From contig JBAZSF010000003.1 of NCBI GenBank assembly GCA_041662525.1, forward strand, positions 14,187 to 78,186: 64,000 bases of DNA. Direction: 5' to 3'. Below the pieces are notes generated by a model. It made no database searches. It was not told where the DNA came from and was given only the letters and a program-made list of their open reading frames with translations. The stretch comes from Minisyncoccota bacterium (GTDB taxonomy: Bacteria; Patescibacteriota; Minisyncoccia; Phycocordibacterales; UBA9973). The translations under genes and the position numbers were made by a program. Of the stretch, positions 58,069 to 64,000 are shown piece after piece (position 1 is the stretch's first letter; the number at the start of each line of letters is the position of its first letter).

Positions 58069-60036
58069 GTGAAAAACCATCTAAATAAGCAAATAAATAA
58101 ACAACAAGGCCTCGCCCGTGGGTCTATGGCCGAGGGTATTATTTCTATCTCTTCCAAAGGCACAGGATATGTAGCTATCGGAATAGGAAAAAACAAAGAA
58201 CAAGATCCGGAGATTGACTTTAAACATTTGAACACGGCGCTTCATGGGGACACAGTAGAAATACTCCTCCATCCTAAAAGTCAGAAACGCCAGACTGCCG
58301 AAGTTGTAAAAATAATTTCTCGCGCAAAAATGCATTTTACTGGGGTCTTGGAACAAGAAAGTAATGTATTTTTTTTAAAACCAGACGATACGAAAATGTA
58401 TACAGATATTTTAATTCCAAAAGAAAGTTTTAATAACGCAAAAGCAGGACAAAAAGTTTTCGTAGAAATAGTTTCCTGGAAGGATGCCCAAAAAGCCCCG
58501 ATTGGAAAAGTAATAAAAATTCTAGGAAAACCTGGTGATAATGATACCGAAATGAATGCAATCGCTATAGAGAAAGGTTTTGATTCAAAACTCCCAGACA
58601 AAGTAGAAGAAGAAGCAAAAAAGATTAAATTAGAAGGAATTAAAAAAAATGATTATGAAAGTCGCCGCGATTTCAGGAAAACACTCACTTTTACAATTGA
58701 CCCTGAAGATGCAAAAGATTTTGATGATGCAATATCTTTTAAAGAAATGGAAAATGATAGATATGAAATAGGTATACATATCGCAGACGTGTCACATTAT
58801 GTCAGACCAGGTAGTGCACTAGATGATGAAGCCCGCGCAAGAGGAACTTCTGTTTATTTAGTGGATAGAACAATACCGATGCTCCCAGAGATTCTTTCGA
58901 ATGATTTATGTAGTTTAGTCCCAGACCAAGATCGACTCACGATGAGCGCAGTATTCACAATCGATAAAAATGCAGAAATAAAAAGTGAATGGTTTGGGGG
59001 CACAATAATACATTCACAAAAAAGATTTACTTATGAAGAAGCAGAAAAAACAATAAAAAACAACGAAACTCCACTTCATAAAGAACTTTCTATTTTAAAT
59101 AATTTAGCTAAAAAATTAACAAAAGAAAGATTTAAACAGGGTGCAATGTTCTTTGAACAAGAAGAAGTTAAATTTATTCTAGATGCTAAGGGTGTCCCAA
59201 TAAAAGTAATAAAAAAAGAACGAGGTGATTCTAATAAATTAGTGGAAGAATTTATGTTACTGGCAAATAAAAAGGTTGCAAAAGTTCTCTCTAAAAATAC
59301 TTCTATTTATCGTATTCATGATGAGCCCTCCAAAGAAAAAATGGCTGATCTAGCATTTTTCTTAGGAAGCTTGGGGCACAAGGTATCTTTACAAAATGGA
59401 ATAATCTCAACACACGAAATAAACAAATTACTCACAAACCTTAAAGAAAAAAAAGTAAATGAAATAACTAGAGACACAGTGAATCGTGCCATTATTAAGT
59501 CTATGGCGAAAGCACTTTATTCTACAAAAAATATCGGGCACTATGGTCTAGCTTTTGAATATTATACGCACTTTACTTCCCCCATTAGGAGATATCCAGA
59601 TATTATGGTGCATAGACTCCTCAGTATTTATTTGGCAAATAAAAAAATTGCAAAAGATAAATTAAAAGATAAATTATTTGAATACGAAAAAATTGCAATA
59701 ATTTCTTCTGAACAAGAAAAACGTGCTTCGGACGCCGAGCGTGCTTCGATAAAATACAAACAAGTAGAATATATGTCTAAACACAAAGAAGGCAGGTTTG
59801 ATGGAGTAATAAGTGGCGTAACAGAATGGGGTATTTATATTGAAGAAATAGAGACAAAATCCGAGGGTTTAGTGCGAATACGAAATATGAAAGATGACTT
59901 TTATATTTTTAATGAAAAGAAGTTAGAATTAATTGGACAAAAAAAGAAAAGGAAGTACCGTCTCGGTGACCGTGTTAAAATAAAAATAAAAGAAGTTAAT
60001 TTAGAGAAAAAAACCATAGACTATACATTGACATGA
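58069..60036 (+). CDS. rnr: ribonuclease R (RNB family 3'-5' exoribonuclease)
   Basis: Cold-shock/S1-like N-terminus, RNB catalytic TFTIDPEDAKDFDDAISF, C-terminal S1. Confidence 0.9.
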   Translation: MKNHLNKQINKQQGLARGSMAEGIISISSKGTGYVAIGIGKNKEQDPEIDFKHLNTALHGDTVEILLHPKSQKRQTAEVVKIISRAKMHFTGVLEQESNVFFLKPDDTKMYTDILIPKESFNNAKAGQKVFVEIVSWKDAQKAPIGKVIKILGKPGDNDTEMNAIAIEKGFDSKLPDKVEEEAKKIKLEGIKKNDYESRRDFRKTLTFTIDPEDAKDFDDAISFKEMENDRYEIGIHIADVSHYVRPGSALDDEARARGTSVYLVDRTIPMLPEILSNDLCSLVPDQDRLTMSAVFTIDKNAEIKSEWFGGTIIHSQKRFTYEEAEKTIKNNETPLHKELSILNNLAKKLTKERFKQGAMFFEQEEVKFILDAKGVPIKVIKKERGDSNKLVEEFMLLANKKVAKVLSKNTSIYRIHDEPSKEKMADLAFFLGSLGHKVSLQNGIISTHEINKLLTNLKEKKVNEITRDTVNRAIIKSMAKALYSTKNIGHYGLAFEYYTHFTSPIRRYPDIMVHRLLSIYLANKKIAKDKLKDKLFEYEKIAIISSEQEKRASDAERASIKYKQVEYMSKHKEGRFDGVISGVTEWGIYIEEIETKSEGLVRIRNMKDDFYIFNEKKLELIGQKKKRKYRLGDRVKIKIKEVNLEKKTIDYTLT

Positions 60037-61943
60037 ACCCTGTTTTAAAAACAAAAATTAAATTAATATTTTGGATGATACCACCGGTAATTATTGGTAT
60101 TTTTTTTGCAACATTTATTTTTAATAATATTAATTTTGCAAAAATATTTCGATTCAAAAATAACGAGGCTTTAGTAGTCCAGCTTATCGCTCCCGAAACA
60201 ACGAAACCTAAATATTATTATATTAATAAAGATACAAATGGTGGACCAAAAGTATCTGCAAAAGCCTTTTTGGTCGGTGATTTAAATACTGGAGAAGTGA
60301 TCCTCTCAAAAAATCAAGATCAAAAATTCCCCATAGCTTCTACTTCCAAACTAATGACCGCACTTGTTACCAGTAAACTAATAAAATCAAACGAAACAAC
60401 CAAAATAACAAAAAATGCCCTGGCGACCTCTGGACAAAACGGAGAATTAAGATTAGGAGAAAAAATAAAAATTTCTGATCTGATATATCCGCTTCTTTTA
60501 GAATCAAGCAATGATGCGGCAGAAGCGCTTGCCCTATATTTTGGCAGAAATAATTTTATCGCAAAAATGAATCAAGAAGCTTCGGCTCTACAAATGACTT
60601 CCACTTCTTATGAAGACCCGAGTGGGCTAACTCCTAAAAATCAATCAACCGCATCTGATATGTTTAAATTGGCTGGATATATAGCACAGGAAAAATCTGA
60701 TTTATTTAAAATTACTACTAAAAGTAGTTATTCCACTAAAACCCACAGTTGGTCCAATATCAGCCAGTTTCTAAAAAATGATGAATATATGGGAGGTAAA
60801 AGTGGCTTCACAGATGAAGCTAAACAAACAGTCGTTTCCCTTTTCAATTTGCCCCTAAGTCAAACAGGTTCTCGTCCTATTGTTATCACCTTATTACAAA
60901 GCTCTGATCGTCAAAATGATGTGGCAACTATTTTAAAATATTTAAAGAAAAACGTATATTACGGTGGTGTCGCTGAGGCAAACACTAACTGGATACAAGA
61001 AAAAATTGGAATACCTGACATTAAAGAACAAAATTTTATTTCTCTTTCTTTTGCTGGCGATATAATGCTTGATCGTGGAGTAAAAAATTCAGTCATAAAG
61101 AATTTCAACAATGATTACTCTAAACTTTTTGAAAAATCAAACAACCTGCTAAGGTTGTTAAAAAACACAGATATTTTCTTTGCTAATTTAGAAGGTACCG
61201 CTTCTGATAAAGGCATTGATCAAAAGAATTTGTATTCATTTAGAATGAACCCTGCAGTTATTCCCACCCTTAAAGGTGCGGGTGTGAGCGTTTTGTCTTT
61301 GGCAAACAATCACGCAGCTGATTGGGGACGTAATGCTTTCGTTGATACTCTCGCACGCTTGAAGGAAAATGAAATCCTCTATACGGGAGGAGGAAGTAAC
61401 AAAATAGAAGCGGAGACACCAAAAATTATAGAAAAATATGGAATGAAAATCGGCTACCTTGGATTCTCTGACGTTGGACCAAATAATATGTCCGCAGATA
61501 TTGAAAAGACAGGGGTGCTTCTAGCGAACGATCCAAATTTTGATGAAATAATTAAAAATGCAGCGAAACAAGTTGATTACCTTGTAGTAACATTTCATTT
61601 TGGCGAAGAATATAAAGCCAAACATAATGCCAGACAAGAATATTTGGCGCATAGAGCGATCGATAATGGTGCAAAGATTATAATCGGTTCACACCCGCAT
61701 GTCATACAAGATACAGAAGTTTATAAAAATAGTTTTATCGCCTACTCACTTGGCAATTTTATCTTTGACCAATTTCGAAATAAATCAACCATGCAAGGCA
61801 TGCTTCTAGAATTAAAATTATTTAAAGATGGTTCGATGACTGTAAAGAAAAACATCACCCAACAAAATTCTGTTTTCCAAATAGAAAAAGTAACAGAAGG
61901 CAAAGAAGAAAACGTAAAATTCCAAACAACAAAAATAAATTAA
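60033..61943 (+). CDS. fusion protein: D-alanyl-D-alanine carboxypeptidase (peptidase S11) plus CapA/PGA-type metallophosphoesterase
   Basis: ASTSKLMT (SxxK), ESSNDAAEAL (SxN), then LSFAGDIMLDRGV...LANNHAADWG CapA-like domain. Confidence 0.7.
   Translation: MNPVLKTKIKLIFWMIPPVIIGIFFATFIFNNINFAKIFRFKNNEALVVQLIAPETTKPKYYYINKDTNGGPKVSAKAFLVGDLNTGEVILSKNQDQKFPIASTSKLMTALVTSKLIKSNETTKITKNALATSGQNGELRLGEKIKISDLIYPLLLESSNDAAEALALYFGRNNFIAKMNQEASALQMTSTSYEDPSGLTPKNQSTASDMFKLAGYIAQEKSDLFKITTKSSYSTKTHSWSNISQFLKNDEYMGGKSGFTDEAKQTVVSLFNLPLSQTGSRPIVITLLQSSDRQNDVATILKYLKKNVYYGGVAEANTNWIQEKIGIPDIKEQNFISLSFAGDIMLDRGVKNSVIKNFNNDYSKLFEKSNNLLRLLKNTDIFFANLEGTASDKGIDQKNLYSFRMNPAVIPTLKGAGVSVLSLANNHAADWGRNAFVDTLARLKENEILYTGGGSNKIEAETPKIIEKYGMKIGYLGFSDVGPNNMSADIEKTGVLLANDPNFDEIIKNAAKQVDYLVVTFHFGEEYKAKHNARQEYLAHRAIDNGAKIIIGSHPHVIQDTEVYKNSFIAYSLGNFIFDQFRNKSTMQGMLLELKLFKDGSMTVKKNITQQNSVFQIEKVTEGKEENVKFQTTKIN
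61858..61930 (+). repeat. direct repeat A (3' end of the preceding CDS), partner at 62337-62410
   Basis: 55 nt identical (cccaacaaaattctgttttccaaatagaaaaagtaacagaaggcaaagaagaaaa) plus about 18 nt similar. Confidence 0.8.
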
Positions 61944-62336
61944 AAAAATAAGCTGGGCGAATATTCCGCCCAGCCTGAAACAAACGATAAAATCAACAAA
62001 ATCAACATTCTTCGAACTTGTGATAGAACTGGCACGTGGGTTCGTCGCAACTGCGACGTTTTTTCCAACTCCCTCAAACATGCCTTTCAAAATCAATTTC
62101 CTTACCTTTTCCACAGGACACACAAATCGCGCCTGTGAAAACTACACTTCTAACATTTGATTTCTGGAAATAACTAGGTTCCATAAACTTATCCCCTTTC
62201 TTTTGGATTATTAGCCTAAGACTAATATTGTGTGGATTTTCTATTAAAAAACTAACATTGGCTCACTTTAAAGTCAAACTTTTATGAAAAGTCCTCCGTA
62301 TATTCTATTAGGGCGGAGGTGTTGCCTCCGCCCCAT

Positions 62337-62410
62337 CCCAACAAAATTCTGTTTTCCAAATAGAAAAAGTAACAGAAGGCAAAGAAGAAAATATTAAATT
62401 CCAAAACGTT
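62337..62410 (+). repeat. direct repeat B
   Basis: See repeat A; the two flank a ~400-bp non-coding insert with two terminator-like hairpins. Confidence 0.8.
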
Positions 62411-62446
62411 AAAACTGCATCTACGCTATAGCGTAAATTAAAAACT

Positions 62447-63052
62447 TTAATATCCGGCTTGTTTGAGTAATTTTTTAAGCAATGAAACTGGCATGCCGAC
62501 GATGGATTCTTCGTCACCTTTAATTTTTTTCACATAAGGTCGGAGTATTGGAGATTGAACACCGAAGCCACCAGCTCTACCTAGTGCATCACCATTTTTT
62601 ATAAAATCTTCAATTACAGATTCTGGAAATTTATTAAAGAAAACTTGAGCTTTATCTATGCCTTCAAAATATTCTTTTGTGACTGTATTATAAACCACAA
62701 TAGCGGTCACGCCTTCGGGTCCTACTCCCCCGCCATATTCTCTTAAAAATTCACGGGCTTTTTCCGTAGAGTTTGGTTTCTCGCGCACCTTTCCATCACA
62801 AACAGCGATAACGTCAGAAGTGATAAGCAAAGCAGGTTCTTTTATTTTTGGAATCAAAACATCAGCTTTAGCACGAGCGACGACCAAAGGTCTTTCATAT
62901 GGATCATTCGTTTCAATTAATCTTTCATCAATATCAGGAACTAAAATATCAAAAACATAACCAGCTTTTTCAAGAATATTTTTCCTATATTTTGAAGATG
63001 AACCAAGAATTAGTTTCATAAATCTATTTTGCGATCTGAGTTGCTTCTTCAA
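62447..63052 (-). CDS. maf: Maf-like nucleoside triphosphate pyrophosphatase
   Basis: MKLILGSSSKYRKNIL...; 201 aa; Maf fold motifs. Confidence 0.8.
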   Translation of the reverse strand: MKKQLRSQNRFMKLILGSSSKYRKNILEKAGYVFDILVPDIDERLIETNDPYERPLVVARAKADVLIPKIKEPALLITSDVIAVCDGKVREKPNSTEKAREFLREYGGGVGPEGVTAIVVYNTVTKEYFEGIDKAQVFFNKFPESVIEDFIKNGDALGRAGGFGVQSPILRPYVKKIKGDEESIVGMPVSLLKKLLKQAGY

Positions 63053-64000
63053 ATTTTACAGAGAGAACTTTAGACGCTTCGTCGGAACCTATGGTGATAC
63101 CGTAAAGTACTCCGGCGCGGGACATCGTTTCTCTATTATGCGTAACGACGATGAGCTGAGAATGCTTGGAAAGCTTCTCTAGCATATCTCCATATTTGCG
63201 AGAATTTGCTTCATCTAGGGCTGCATCTGTCTCATCTAGCACTAAAAATGGTGGAGGGTTTACTTGCGACATAGCAAAAAGAAGAGCAATAGAAGTGAGT
63301 GATCTTTCTCCTCCAGAAAAAGCGTTTATCTCTTTTACTTTTTTATTCGGCAAAGAAACATTTATCTCTACCCCCTTTTCAACAACAACTTCTTTATCTT
63401 CAGGATCCTCACTGATATCTTCACCATCTTCAGATTCAATGTTTTTTCTCTTTTTTATTTCAACAACAGAAAGTGATCCATGTCCGCCGCCAAACATCAA
63501 AGAGAAAAATTCTTGAAATTCTGTATTAATTTTTTTAACACCCTCTTTAAATTCTATCTCTATTTTTTCTTTTAAATCTAAAATAAGTTTTTGCAAAAAC
63601 TCAATACTTTTTTCTAAGTCCTCCATTTCCTTCATTAAAAATTGGTCCCGCTCTCTCACCTCATCAAACTCTTTCATTAGTTCTGCTCCGTTACCAAGTC
63701 CTGCATCTTCTAATTTTATTTTTATGCGTTCAATCTTTCTTTTAAGTTCTTCTTGAGTAATTCCTGTACCAGTATTTTCAATTATAAAATTCTCATAAGA
63801 CAATTCCTCTTTGCCGACAAGAGCTTCCCCTTCTTTTATTTCATTTTCAAATCCCTCTCTACGATTTCTTAAATTTTCTTCTTTTATTGCCACAAGTTCT
63901 GAAGCGGAAGATAATTCTTGATGTCTGACTTTCCACGTAAATTTTTCTCGCTCGAGATCACGCAATGCCTCCATCTCTTTATTTATCGCTTGTTTTAATG
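63024..64000 (-). CDS. smc: chromosome segregation protein SMC, C-terminal part (continues beyond window end)
   Basis: LSGGERSLTSIALLFAM ABC signature, Walker B LVLDETDAALDE, coiled-coil region; no start within the window. Confidence 0.9.
   Translation of the reverse strand, partial: LKQAINKEMEALRDLEREKFTWKVRHQELSSASELVAIKEENLRNRREGFENEIKEGEALVGKEELSYENFIIENTGTGITQEELKRKIERIKIKLEDAGLGNGAELMKEFDEVRERDQFLMKEMEDLEKSIEFLQKLILDLKEKIEIEFKEGVKKINTEFQEFFSLMFGGGHGSLSVVEIKKRKNIESEDGEDISEDPEDKEVVVEKGVEINVSLPNKKVKEINAFSGGERSLTSIALLFAMSQVNPPPFLVLDETDAALDEANSRKYGDMLEKLSKHSQLIVVTHNRETMSRAGVLYGITIGSDEASKVLSVKFEEATQIAK

Noticed and set aside
61818-62517. ORFs 61818-62123 (-) and 62308-62517 (-)
   Set aside because: Antisense or overlapping the duplicated gene end and hairpins, with no RBS; likely non-coding.

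Overview
This is an AT-rich bacterial chromosomal segment. Its gene content and style suggest a Candidate Phyla Radiation (Patescibacteria)-like organism, by inference only: small genes, cohesin and dockerin surface proteins, DUF378, a short RNase P RNA, a self-splicing intron in a tRNA, and an unusual rpoB-rpoC-dnaG-rpoD arrangement.

The housekeeping blocks are:
- a P-type ATPase
- mreB-mreC-proS | rpsB-tsf, tRNA-Thr
- rpoD-dnaG-rpoC-rpoB
- rpsP-KH-trmD
- rnr, maf, smc
- tgt
- RNase P RNA

The accessory and unusual content is:
1. A tRNA-Asn(GUU) gene split in its anticodon loop by a 576-nt group I intron that carries an HNH homing-endonuclease ORF.
2. A divergent tRNA-Ala(UGC) whose 3' end is overlapped by a frameshifted large serine recombinase. 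A roughly 9 kb accessory island follows, holding structured-RNA candidates and a cluster of nuclease-domain genes (PIN-like, Mrr-like PD-(D/E)xK, topoisomerase-type zinc ribbon, and a 774-aa zinc-ribbon plus PD-(D/E)xK-like protein). This is a candidate undescribed defence module.
3. A polyamine biosynthesis island: carboxynorspermidine dehydrogenase and decarboxylase, homospermidine synthase, ornithine decarboxylase, a truncated aspartokinase and asd. Perfect-TIR MITE-like palindromic elements sit on both sides of the aspartokinase gene.
4. A related palindromic element inserted in-frame inside tgt, analogous to Rickettsia palindromic elements.
5. An IS200-like (RAYT) transposase flanked by REP-like hairpins.
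6. Tandem 74-bp repeats after tRNA-Thr that mimic the tRNA 3' end.
7. A gene 3'-end direct duplication flanking a 400-bp insert.
8. Cohesin, dockerin and tail-fibre-like surface proteins.

No CRISPR array or rRNA was seen.
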